From NCBI GenBank assembly GCA_002269645.1, contig NIVC01000590.1, forward strand, positions 1-64,000: a stretch of 64,000 bases of DNA. The letters are read 5' to 3'. Position 1 is the first letter of the stretch, and each line of letters starts with the position of its first letter. Both the position numbers and the translations under genes were made by a program. The stretch comes from Macrostomum lignano (lineage: Eukaryota). This document shows positions 52,503 to 64,000 of the stretch, one piece after another. The notes below the pieces were generated by a model. It did no database searches and was not told the origin of the DNA. It was given only the letters and a program-made list of their open reading frames with translations.

Positions 52503-53486
52503 TGATATAGTGATATAGTAATAATTGCTTATATTATGTATATTACTCGTTAAATGCGTTATAAAAATTATATATCCATTTATTAGCAAAATATTTCTGT
52601 CTAATTGATCATTAAAAGTAGCCTAAATATCGTGTTTTGCCTCAAATACGCTTATAGTGCCTCTTATTTTTAATGTTTTGTTATAAATTGTCCGCCATTT
52701 TTACTAAAGTTACTATAAATATGAGCAAATAAATTTGTAGAGAGCCCAGACTTCTGTGGCCGCCTCTAGTAACAGGCTTTGCCTCTCGGCCAAATTGAAC
52801 AGTTGTTCCAAAAATAGATCTGTCTATGAGTTATTCCTTTGAAGGCGCCCGCCTTTCCCCTTCCCCGAGAGGTCTTGTTCAGCTATAAGCGTACAGCCCT
52901 TTCTCCCTCCCCCCTCAGAGAACGTACAGTCTCTTACTGAGTAATATTTCTAACCCCCCTTTGTCCCTTATCAGTTGGACAGGCGTGAGGCCTCCCTTTC
53001 CCCGATCTCTAAGTAACCTGGCGAATTGCCAACTCCTTATCCAGACACACTGTCTGCTTAGGCGTCATGCCTTTAGCTAATTCCCCATTAAGGCATATCC
53101 TTCCCATGTCAGCATTCCCTATTAGCTATTAAATTCCCCCTTTTGTGCGCCCCGTTTCCCAGGCAACTCCGATCCATCGCGTAGCCCTCCCTCGGACTAG
53201 TTAAGTTTAATTTAGACAGTGTCTTGCCGCTCGGACACTCACGCCACCAGGAGCAACCATTGGCTTACTCCTATTAGTAATAAAACTAGCATATCTTTCG
53301 GAAATCCCAAGAATCCCCCCCCCACAACAGATTTGGTGTCAGAATAGGAAAACTTCCCCTCCCCCCAAGACCCCTGTAACAGAAATTGGTAGCAACATTG
53401 TGATTAAACCACAGGCGAAAGTTTACCCTGTAACAGATTTTGGTAACAGCGGTAGGATTTTCTTAATAATAAACAGCCCTATAACA
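52503..53486 (+). repeat. 3' LTR (984 bp)
   Basis: Direct repeat of the 5' LTR. Confidence 0.97.
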
Positions 53487-53884
53487 TATCAAAAGTCGAA
53501 GCCATGCTTTATTAACTTGTCCTTATCAACAGGCTCAAAATCAAGAACTGATTAGTCAACGGTTAAACAAGTTCAGCTCTAAAATTTTTCCCAATTGGTT
53601 TTTATCATTTTCAAAAGCACTTGCCAAACTTCTGGGCAGAAAAGTTCCAAATTAAAGTCGGCCCAGACACACCAGCCCGGGTTTGGAAGCCTACGACGAA
53701 TTTGGGTGTCTCAGGACGCATTTTAAAGAGCCAACTGCCCTGACTGTGAGTGCCATGCGCTATCAGCTCAACCCCGTGGTTTCCAAGCGACGGTTTTAAA
53801 TAATAGTATCTTTTAAATAGCAGAGAAAAGCTAATTTTCTGGTGATAACAAAATAAAAAGAAAGGAGACAGACTGCTTAAATTC

Positions 53885-54277
53885 ATTGCACTGAGTTTGG
53901 GTGTCATTGCACTGAGTTTGGGTGTCATTGCACTGAGTTTGGATGTCATTGCACAGGGTTTGGGTGTCATTTCACAGGGTTTGGGTGTCATTGGAATGAG
54001 TTTGGGTGTCATTGCACTGAGTTTGGGTGTCATTGGAATGAGTTTGTGTGTCATTGCACAGGGTTTGGGTGTCATTGGAATGAGTTTGGGTGTCATTGCA
54101 CTGAGTTTGGGTGTCATTGGAATGAGTTTTGGTTTCATTGCACAGGGTTTGGGTGTCATTGCACAGGGTTTGGGTGTCATTTCACAGGGTTTGGGTGTCA
54201 TTTCACAGGGTTTGGGTGTCATTGCACTGAGTTTGGGTGTCATTGGAATGAGTTTGGGTGTCATTGCACAGGGTTTG
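53885..54277. repeat. 21-bp minisatellite (gggtgtcattgcactgagttt)
   Basis: Seen directly. Confidence 0.95.
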
Positions 54278-54663
54278 GCGTCTACAGCACTGACTATCGC
54301 ATGGAGAAAGATTCCAGTGTTCTTTCTCCACTCTTCTAAACTGCTGCACTAACAGACTCTTGAATCTTTTATCTTTACTTTTTGCCCCAGGCGATAACGA
54401 ACTCCTGAAAAAGGTATATTAATGCTTCACCTGAGACACACCATAGACAATCTATACGGCAACTTTGCATTTTCGTTTGCCAGAGAACTCCCGCTTCACT
54501 CCGTGACTATCACAGGTAATTAAACATATTTTAGGCGCTACTTTTTGGTGCCTGCCTACGCTTAAAAACCGTTTATTTGTACCGAAAAATGACTCACCTG
54601 TTATGCAATACAACTTGCACTTTAGGAAGAACCGACAGCCGAAGCACAGCATCTCCAAGTACC

Positions 54664-57600
54664 ATGGCTTGGCGGGATCTTCGCGGCTGGCTGCTCGTAT
54701 TGTTGTGGGCCACCGCATCTGTTGAAGCTGCCGATGTGGCCTCGCCCGATGGCTTTGCATTTGGTAAGCCTTCTGCCCCTCTTCTTCGAATCTCGGATGC
54801 CCTTGCTTGCCTCTGCTGTGAGTGTTTTGCCGATAAGTCTGCTTGAGTTGCTTTCGTCTTATGCTCGAGACAAATGTGACTGCATCATTTGTACCTGGGT
54901 CATTCTGAGTCATGTGTCAGCGTCATTCTTGTGTGGATCAATCGTGTCTCGGTCATTCTATTGTGTCTGGATCCATCGTGTCTATTGTGTCTGGGTCAAT
55001 CGTGTCTGGGTCAATCGTTTCTGGGTCAATCGTGTCTGGGTCAATCGTGTCTGGGGAAATCTTGTCTGGGTAATCGTGTCTGGGTTAATCTTGTCTAAGT
55101 GATTCGTGTCTGGGTCAATCGTGTCTGGGTCAATCGTGTCTGGGTCAATCGTGTCTGGATCCATCGTGTCTGGATCCATTGTGTCTGGGTCAATCGTGTC
55201 TGGATCCATCGTGTCTGGATCAGTCGGGTCTGGATCAGTCGGGTCTGGGTCAATCGTGTCTGGGTCAATCGTGTCAGGGTCAGTCGGGTCTGGGTCAATC
55301 GTGTCTGTATCAATCATGTCTGGATCAATATTGTCTGGATCAACCGTACCTGGATCAATAGTGTCTGGATCAATCGTGTCTGGGTCAATCGTGTCTGAGT
55401 CAATCGTGTCTGGGTCAATCGTGTCTGGATCACTAGAATCAGGGACGCCAAAGCTATTGCGGGGCACCATATATTTTGCGCCCCTGGCCCCGCCGCAGCA
55501 CGTGCGCCTGTTTAAGTTGCTTAAGTCATGGTTATTTGCCTTATTTTAGAGCCATTTGTGTCTGAACATTATTCAGGTCTCGATTATTCTCTCTGTCTGA
55601 TTCGCGTTCATTCATTCGGTCATTAGCATCGAGCTTTCTCGCAAACGAGCCATAAATCTTGTTGAATTTTAAATTCGATCTTATCTGGCCGGGTCTGGCT
55701 TTCATATGGTGTCATTAAAAAAAATGGCGAAAGATTACTAAAGGACGAATGCAAGGTCAACGCACCTTTCATTTCTTATCGTCTACGTTGAACAGTGCAA
55801 CAGCCTTATCAATTAGTTTTTATTATTTTCAGAGATCAATTGCCGAACTGTGTTGACAAAATAAACAAAATCTAATAGAGAGACACGAGCGGAAACCTGT
55901 GACCTGCTAAGTTCCATTTTTACTGTGTGAGCCATGCGTCATCAGTTCAGCTCCAGCGGTAACTATAGTTGTTGGCAACATAATTACGAGCCAACTATAG
56001 GCCTCTAATTAACCGTCTATAGATATATCGATAAATTCAACTCGACGCAGTTCTACGAGGGTTGTCAGAAAAGTTCTGTGTATATTGTAATAACTTGAGA
56101 ACGATAAACAGTATAGAAATATGAAAAGTTACAAATGTCTTCCTTAACATTTATTCACTCAAAGTATGAGCCCTCAGCTTCAATGCACTTCTCCCAACGC
56201 CGCACCAGCCCGTCAATGCCTGCAGTCATGCCATTGTTCGTCACGGCGGCAATGCCAGCCTTGTAGGCCCGATTCACGTCTTCCTCTGCGCTGAAGCGCT
56301 GGCCCCGCATCGACTCCTTGATGCGAAGGAAGAGGAAAAGGTCGCATGGACTTAAGTACGGGGAATAAGGCGGATGCGGAAGAATTTCCCACCCCCACGA
56401 CTCGATCGTAGCCAGCACGCTTTGCTTTCGGTGCGGGGCTGCGTTGTCGTGAAGCAGAATCGGGCCAGCCGCGTGAAGTGCAGGCCTTTTGTCCCGAATG
56501 GCACGCCGAACTTTCACCAAAACCGACAGGTAGAAATCACAATTGACCGTCTGCCCCACTGGCACAGGCTGATCGAACAACAGACCCTCCCGGTCAAAGA
56601 AAGTCACGTGCATGACCTTCAGCTGGCCGATGCTCCGGATGGCCTTTTGAGGTCGCGGAGAACCTGGCCTGCACCATGTGGCACTCTGCCGCTTCAACTC
56701 CGCCTCCCAAGAATGCGCTCAGGTTTCGTCGCAGGCAACGATCCTTTGCAGGAACGCCATGCCCTCCCGCCGACACCGCTGCAGGTTGGATGCGCACATG
56801 GCGATCCGCCGAGCCCGCTGATCGTCAGTGAGCAGATGCGGCACCCACTTGGCACAGACCTTGCGCATCCCAAGGTCCTCGGTCAGGATCTTGTGGACTG
56901 AGTCGTGGGACACCCCTATGGCATCAGCCAGCTGCCTGGTGGTCAGTCTCCGGTCCTGCAGCACGGCTGCCTTCACCTGACTCACCAGGCTGTCAGTCCG
57001 AGCACTCGTTGGTCGTCCACTGCGTGGGTTGTCGTCGAGGTCTTTTTTTGCCGTTGCGAATGGCAATAGCCCAACGTCTCATAAGATGGGCAAAAGTCTC
57101 CTATATGGTCTGCCGCATTTCTTCAAGAATCTCGGTTGCTGAACGCCCCTGAAGGACATGAAATTTGATGATATCGATTGTCGCGCTTAGAAAAACTCTT
57201 TCGCGGGACGGAATGCGACATGGGTGTGGTTGAAAAACTACTGCTACACAGGCTAGAAATTATCTATTGCTCTAAAACTGAAGCTAGCGACTCTTTATAT
57301 ATGTATATATCTATGGCTAAAACCCCAACTCTTCAGCTATTCATAGAGCTGAGCTATTCTCAAATACACAGACAAACAGAACTTTGTACACAGAACCTTT
57401 CTGACAACCCTCGTAATTTCACCAGAAATCTACCTGAACTTTGAGATGAGAGACGGATTTTCTGAATAACTGATAAAATAGAGAATATTTTAATCTACTT
57501 AAGCTATGAGCCTATAGTATTTCCATTCATTTAAGATAGTTTCTAAGTATACTTCAAGGTAGATGAACAGAAAGACTGAGAAAACGATGAACTAAGGTGC

Positions 57601-60600
57601 TGATGCTTTTCAAGTTTTACGTTGTGTCATCGAAATGAAATTCATCGCAGTATAGAGTGCTACAGGTATTGCATGACCAATAATGCATGAAAAAATTAGA
57701 ATATATAGAATGTGCTTATAAATTTAGTCTAACTAGCAAAAAAATTAAATTTGGAAAAGACGATCGGTTTCGTCGAGGGTCAAAGAATGAGTACGAGCGT
57801 ATGGCCGATACAGGTGGCGATTTCCCAAACTGAAACTGCTGTAAAACTTCGAGCTTGCACTGAAACAATCGTTTGAAAATCGTAGAGGACGGCAAGACGC
57901 TGCTGTTCACTATTCGGAGCAACATCGGCGAGGACCCGCAGAAGGCGTTCGTCACCCGGGGCAACGGCAACCGGCCAGCCCCATCGCCCAATGAGCCGCT
58001 GCCGGCCGTCTACCGGTCCGACCTGCTCGACGAGCTGCCCGACACTGTCCGCCGTCTAGACAAAACCTACATGGTCGCCGAGATGCGCGTCGACAGGGCC
58101 GTCGTGATGCGCGTCGTCTTCGATGTCGGCGACTACCCGGACAGCCTAGACCAGTTCAACTGGTTCTCGCCGTCCCGCCTGATCGGCGCCTGGCCCTACC
58201 GCCTTGACGACGTGGCCAAGTTTAGCGCCTTCTCCATCGAGGGTGACGCAAACAAGGAGCGCAGGTTCTTCATAGCAACGAGCTTCGACGGCTGCAATGG
58301 TGACCGCGGCTTCTGGCTCGTGTCCGGCGCCAGAGATCCCTGTGGCTGGGGCCACAACGGCTGGAAGGGCCTCGCACCGGCGCTGATCTACAATAGATTT
58401 AAGGACCGCACGCTGCAACAGGGTGCCGCGTATGCCGACCAGTTTCTGGTGTACCTCACCGACACTGTGGACGAGTTTCGAGCCGAGTTCAGGAAGCCTT
58501 CTTCCACGGTGAGCACTTTACTGAAACTATTAACATTATCGAATAACTAAGGCAATTATAGTTGAAAGTCACCCTGATCTGCTACAGCGGAAAGAAAACA
58601 GCTTCTGTACACGATCAAGGCCAACATCCACAAGAGCGCGCTGGAAACGTTCAGGCAGCAACAAAACTATCGCGCGCCAATCGACGACGATTTGCCGATT
58701 TTGTACCGGTCTGACCTGCTGGACGATCTGTCGCGGACCGTAAAAGACTCGGGCATGACCCAGATGGTGATGGAGCTCGTCAAGGACCACTCAGTGGTGG
58801 CTCAGTTGGTTTTCAATGTGACTAAGGATGTCGACAGTCTGACCTTAGACAACTGGTTCTCGCTAGAACGGCTGGAGTCCTCCTATCCCTACCTGGTGGA
58901 CAAGACCAAGTTCAACTACTTCTCTTTGGATGGAGACGTGGGCGAGCAGCGGCGGTTTTACATCAGCTACAACTATGGAGGCTGTCATGTTGACGCCGGG
59001 TTCATCGCTATCTCAGATGCCAGAGACAGTTGCAACTGGGCCAACCGCAACTGGCGCGGCTCCCCGCCGTTGCTGCTGTACAACCGGCTGCAGAACAAGC
59101 CGTTCCATGCTGGCGTCGACACGGCCGAACGGATGCTTGTGTACCTCACGCACGAGGTCGAGGACAGACGATGGAAGTTCAGGCAACCGTTCATTGTTGG
59201 TGCGTGCGAACATTTTTGCAAAAGCATTGTGCAAGTATATTACTTTGGGCACTTATACTTAGGGTAGTTGAACGAAGCAGTAAAATAAGATATATTTATT
59301 TTAATGCCCTAATAATAATCACGAGTCATAATCAAAGACCGGTGTTACAGTTTAGAGCCTCTGAGGCTCCGGCCAGTTTGGGTCGCCGATCCGGAGACTG
59401 CAAACAGGCTGGGATCTCCAACCGGAGACTTTACAGGGTGTAAGATCTCCTTCGGAGACTACAAACGGTTATGGATCTCCGCGATAGGAGATGCGTAACC
59501 GTTGTAGGATCTCCAAGGCATGGTCAGGTCTCCCTATCCGGAGATCTTAAACCAGATTCCGTTGTCCCCTCGGAGATTCTGCACCGTTTGCCGATTTCCT
59601 TCACGAGTGCAAAAACTAGGGTTTGATTTAGGATCTCCAGTTACAGATCTCCCCCATAATTAATATGTCGAAAATTATAATCTCTAGCTTTTTATTGTGC
59701 ATAGAAACCTTCCGTGCGGGCGATTGTAAAATGGCGTAATCTTTCGTGTTGGGTCTCCGTGCAGGAGATCCTTAACTTCAGGGAACAGAAATCCTAACAC
59801 CGGTTCACTTTGCCGCAAAAAGTTCCAAAGGTTAGATATCTTTCAAATAAGTTTTTAAAATGGATCTGAACCAGCTGTACATTGATTTAAGCCATCTTTG
59901 ACGTGCAGAGCTATTAGTGGTAATGTGAACGGGCTTTTAAGAAGCTAGAGGTTCATGTATTGAGGAAACGAACGCCAGAGTTATACAGCATCTTTGATTG
60001 TGTTAGCAACTTTTCGGCACGAAACATTTAATCTATTTCTATTGGCTTTCAGACGGAGACAAGCAAATCCTGTACACAATCACGCCCAACGTTGGGAAAG
60101 AAGCCGTGGACACATTCAAGCATCAGCAGGACTACCCGATTCCATCCGATCGCTCCCTGCCCCCAATTTACCGGTCGGACTTGCTGGACCAGATGGATAA
60201 AACCGTGAGGCGTTCAGGTCGTAGCAAGATGGTTGCAGAGATGCGCAAAAACAACGCAGTAGTAGCGAGACTTGTATTTGACGTTGCAACTGACACGGAT
60301 TCGCTTACCTTACTCAATTGGTTCTCAAGAGATAGACTCGTCACAGCGTACCCTTATCAGATTTCCAAGAAAATTCATCTGAACTACTTTAGCGTGGATG
60401 GTGACACATCCATAAAGCGAGGATTCTCTGTAACGGACACGGGAAAGGGATGTGACAACGATTTAGGATTCTGGATTGTCACAGACAGGAAGGATCCTTG
60501 CAACTGGGGATCACAGGGCTGGAAGGGAGCCGCGCCAGTGCTGCTATACAACAGATTCCGAACGGCGCCATTTCGCACCGGGGTGGACTATGCGGACCGC

Positions 60601-63600
60601 TTCGTGGTCTACTTGACAAACCACGTGGACGAATTGCGCCCAGAGTTCACAAAGGCGGTCCTGTTTGGTAAGACATTTTATTTGATCGAAAGAATTTATG
60701 GAAAAATTCAATTGGATGCTTAACAATAGGAAATTCAATAACAAAAACTCAAGTAAAAATTTTTAGAAAAAGGCAAGCAGCTGCTTTACACAATTGTTCC
60801 GAACGTGCACTTGGAGGCTCTAGAGACATTTGAGCATCAACAAAACTACAAAATGCCCGCCAACGGATCTCTGCCTCCGGTCTACAGATCCGATCTCATC
60901 GACGAGCTTCCTCGAGCTGTGAGACAGTCGGGAATGACCAAGATGGTCGTCGAGATGCGCAAAGACAATAAAGTCGTCTCTCAAGTGGCATTCGATGTTT
61001 CCACCGACACAGAGAAGCTCGACAAAGAGAACTGGTTCTCGCTGTTAAGACTGTACTCATCTTACCCTTATCCAATTAGTCGGAAAGAGTTCAACTACTT
61101 TTCTTTGGATGGGGATACTGGCCAGAAGCGAAGATTCTACATCAGCAACCACTATGGAGGCTGTGACCGAGATTCAGGCTTCATCATGGTGTCTGACTCA
61201 CGCGGCAGCTGCGACTGGGTAACTCGAGGCTGGCGAGGCTCTCCTCCGAGTCTGGCCTACAACCGAGAGCAGGGTCGATCGTTCCACGACAGCGTTGGGT
61301 ACGCGGACAGACTAGTAATTTACCTGACAAAAGAGGTACTGGATCCTCGAGCCGAGTTTAAGAAGCCGCTAATCATCGGTAGGATATACTCGTACCTTTA
61401 GGTCAATTTTTGTTCCTTCTTTGTTCTTTGTCCTACGTTTCTACAAAAGTTTTTGCCTTTTAGGACTTGTATTGCTCCAAAATGAAATTCTCTTCAGCAA
61501 CTGCAGTAAAATGTGCTGGAAACTATATTTTTTGCAACATAGTCTAGACGATTCTAGCCTTCCAACTACGAGCGTACCCAATTTAACGAATTTTTCCAAT
61601 CGAAAATTTATCTTGTGAGAGTTTTAAATTTCCGAAAAACAGCAAACTAAGTAGAAGGAATGTCTTCTGTTAGTACTAAAGAAAATTCAGTCCAGTATTT
61701 ATTTCTTCGGTTAAAACTTGTAAAAGATAATATTGCCATCAGAATTTTCTAAGGGCAACAATGCAGCTCATTGACGATTCGGTTTCGATAGACACTTGTT
61801 GGGACTCGAACGCCCAAGCTCCGAAGAAAAAATGTACAATTCACGTACAATCAGGATTTCTCTATCTAAACATCTGAATATCTGAATCGTACGAGTCAAG
61901 AAGCTACGTACATCCAGTGAACCTGAACAAGAGAAGTGTAGTTATTTGAATTCGCCCGGTCTTCACGCTCTAGGACGGTGAATTTTTATAACTTTGTGCC
62001 AAGCAACTACGCTCGTATTACTCATTTTACGAATTTCATTTATTACCGATGAAAACAACCGGAAAAATTACAGCGATCGACCTAAAACTTCAATAAACAT
62101 TTAGTTTACACAATGGGTAAACTCCTCCAGTTTCTATTGGAAACCGAAAACCATATATTTGCAGTACAGTAAGGATCGTTAAAAAACTAAAGCTTTTCGT
62201 TCACCGGGAAAATACACTACGGAGATAGGAAATTTCACGATTTTCAACACTAAAACAGTGATTGGGTCTCTTAAAAGTGTCAGAGAAAGTTATAATTACA
62301 CTATTTCGTGTTTCACATGCTGCTCTAACGACGCATTAATCGAATTTTTATGTTAAATTGGTCTGTGACTTGAAAAAACGTTTAAAATAATGACAAGAAA
62401 TAATAACAATTTCCTATCTCCGTGGTGCATTTTTCCGGTAAAACCTGCCTTTAAAACTATTTCGGAACGAAAAGCTTTATGCATATCGATAGAGCAATAA
62501 GAAAGGCACAACATATCAAAAGATGAACACTGGATCTGCCTAGTATTAAAAGGAAAAGCAATTTTGGTGCTGAAAAAATTGAAAACTCCCATCTCTGTAG
62601 TGTATTTTTCGGCGAAAAGTTGCCTTAAAAAAAACCATAGATTTCGAGTGTAGCGTCCTATATATATGTTACTTGAGTAGGCTTTGATATTGTCTTGAGC
62701 AAGAGATAAATCTACAGTAACCTTAAATCTATATCATCTCAGTACGGGCAAATAAATAATCTGCATCGGGTTCCACATCCTGAAATTGCACCTCGGTAAT
62801 AAAAGAGTATCTTTTGATTGCAGATGGCAGCAAGCAGGTGCTGTTCACGATCAAATCCAACATCAACACCGAGGCCAAGCACGCATACTCTGTCCAGCAG
62901 AACTACAAGGCTCCGACTGACGGGTCTCTGCCTCCTGTCTACAGATCTGACCTGCTCGATCAACTCGCCCTCATTGTGAAGCAATCAGGAAAGAAAAGAT
63001 TGTCGCTGAGATGGAAAAAGATGATCACGTGGTTGCTCGAATGGTGTTTGACTTGTCAGAGAAGACCGACGAGATCACACTGATGAACTGGTTCTCGCGC
63101 TCTCGACTCGTCTCGTCCTATCCATTCAAGATCGATCCGAACAAAGCACGAACTACTTTAGTATTGACGGAGACGCTGGTCAAAACAGACGCTTTTTCGT
63201 TTCGTACTCTGGTGGTGGATGTGACAATGATCGAGGCTTCTGGGTGGTGTCCGACAAACGCGATCCGTGCACTTGGGGCAACGAAGGCTGGAAGGGCTCG
63301 GCTCCAGTGCTGGTGTACAACAGATACCGAACTGCCACCTTTAGAAGCGGAGTGGACTATGCTGATCGGTTCACGATCTACCTGACGGACTCGGTGACGG
63401 AACTGCGAGAGGAGTTCATTCGGAAGGTCATGTTTGGTAAGAAATGTCAAATTAACACTTTTTTCATGGAAATTTCGTCGCTTTTTGCGCTTTTCTTGAT
63501 AAGAAGAGTGAAAGCTATTTCATTATTACACAAAAGTAAAAATAGAGAATATCTCTTTTAGAATCCAAACAAAATTTCAAGGCGTTTACAAAGTAGATAT

Positions 63601-64000
63601 TCACATGGAAAATTGAGGTCAGACCGTATCAGTCATGCGCATTAAATGCGTTAACGTAGAATTTATATCACAATTGTAACTGAAAATTGCGGTTAAATAT
63701 GCAATGATAAGGGTGGTTAGGAGGCAGAAGCAAAAATCGAATTACAACGTCGGGCAAGATCTTTGTAATGATTATTTGTCATGTTCTTCTGTTGCAGAAA
63801 AAGACAAGCAGCTGTTGTTCACCATCATCCCGAACGTGCACTTGGAGGCTCTGGAGACATTCGAGCATCAACAAAACTACAAAATGCCTGCCAACGGATC
63901 TCTGCCTCCGGTCTACAGATCCGATCTCATCGACGAGCTTCCTCGAGCTGTGAGGCAGTCGGGAATGACCAAGATGGTCGTCGAGATGCGCAAAGACGAC
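54664..64000 (+). CDS. Secreted protein with at least 6 tandem ~205-aa uncharacterised domains, one exon each (continues past the window)
   Basis: Signal-peptide exon 54664-54763 (MAWRDLRGWLLVLLWATASVEAA; donor TTG|GTAAG, phase 1). Phase 1-1 exons at 57886-58508, 58588-59199, 60053-60667, 60767-61378, 62824-63436 and 63798-end. Shared motifs LP.[VI]YRSDL[LI]D, NWFS..RL...YPY, FS.[DE]GD....R.F, GC..D.GF, C.W...W[KR]G..P.L.YNR, AD...[VI]YLT. Linking the signal exon to repeat 1 is inference from phase. Confidence 0.8.
54940..55432. repeat. 15-bp minisatellite (gggtcaatcgtgtct)
   Basis: Seen directly. Confidence 0.95.
56056..57413 (-). mobile_element. Mariner (D,D34D) transposon, 1358 bp, decayed
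   Basis: 27-bp TIRs CGAGGGTTGTCAGAAA(A/G)GTTCTGTGTA with one mismatch; TA duplications at 56054-56055 and 57414-57415. Confidence 0.95.
56155..57221 (-). pseudogene. Mariner transposase pseudogene
   Basis: RSGRP, WVPHLL, DET, HDNAAPH and HPPYSP.LSPCD motifs, 34 residues between the second and third Asp. TGA replaces the Trp after DET (56719-56721), YSPDL reads YSPYL, and the N-terminal part has indels. Confidence 0.9.

Larger units (their letters stand above)
44061..53486 (+). mobile_element. Full-length, very recent Ty3/Gypsy LTR retrotransposon with 4-bp TSD (TATC)
   Basis: LTRs 44061-45046 and 52503-53486 (TGATATAG...CTATAACA). The only difference I noticed by eye is a poly-C tract near 44873-44883. 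TATC at 44057-44060 and 53487-53490. Domain order gag, PR-RT-RH-IN. Confidence 0.97.

Noticed and set aside
54452-54913. 153-aa minus-strand ORF with a donor-like GTGAGT
   Set aside because: No recognisable domain; it is antisense to a better-supported signal-peptide exon.
62059-62440. Short inverted pair ACCGGAAAAA / TTTTTCCGGT
   Set aside because: Only 10 bp, low complexity, and no TSD.

Overview
Repeat-rich eukaryotic DNA with spliced genes and TTAGGG repeats. The style suggests an invertebrate such as the flatworm Macrostomum, but that is inference. From left to right: (1) the 5' coding part of an FNDC3/mtgo-like gene on the minus strand; (2) a complete 8-exon POFUT2 gene on the plus strand, divergent from it; (3) a complete 3-exon Iroquois (Irx) homeobox gene on the minus strand; (4) an ~18 kb head-to-tail stack of non-autonomous Helitrons of three families; (5) a very young full-length Ty3/Gypsy LTR retrotransposon (44061-53486, TATC TSD, gag, pol and an extra non-env ORF3); (6) a gene for a secreted protein with at least six tandem ~205-aa exon-encoded domains, with a decayed mariner in its first intron. 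Most long ORFs in the supplied track are minisatellite translations. The most unusual signal is in the Gypsy U5: a ~52-bp-periodic array of four units, each a copy of the LTR terminus followed by a different tRNA primer-binding-site-like 18-mer. Also notable are the Helitron stack with obsolete internal terminators and the inverted minisatellites bracketing POFUT2 exons 6-7.
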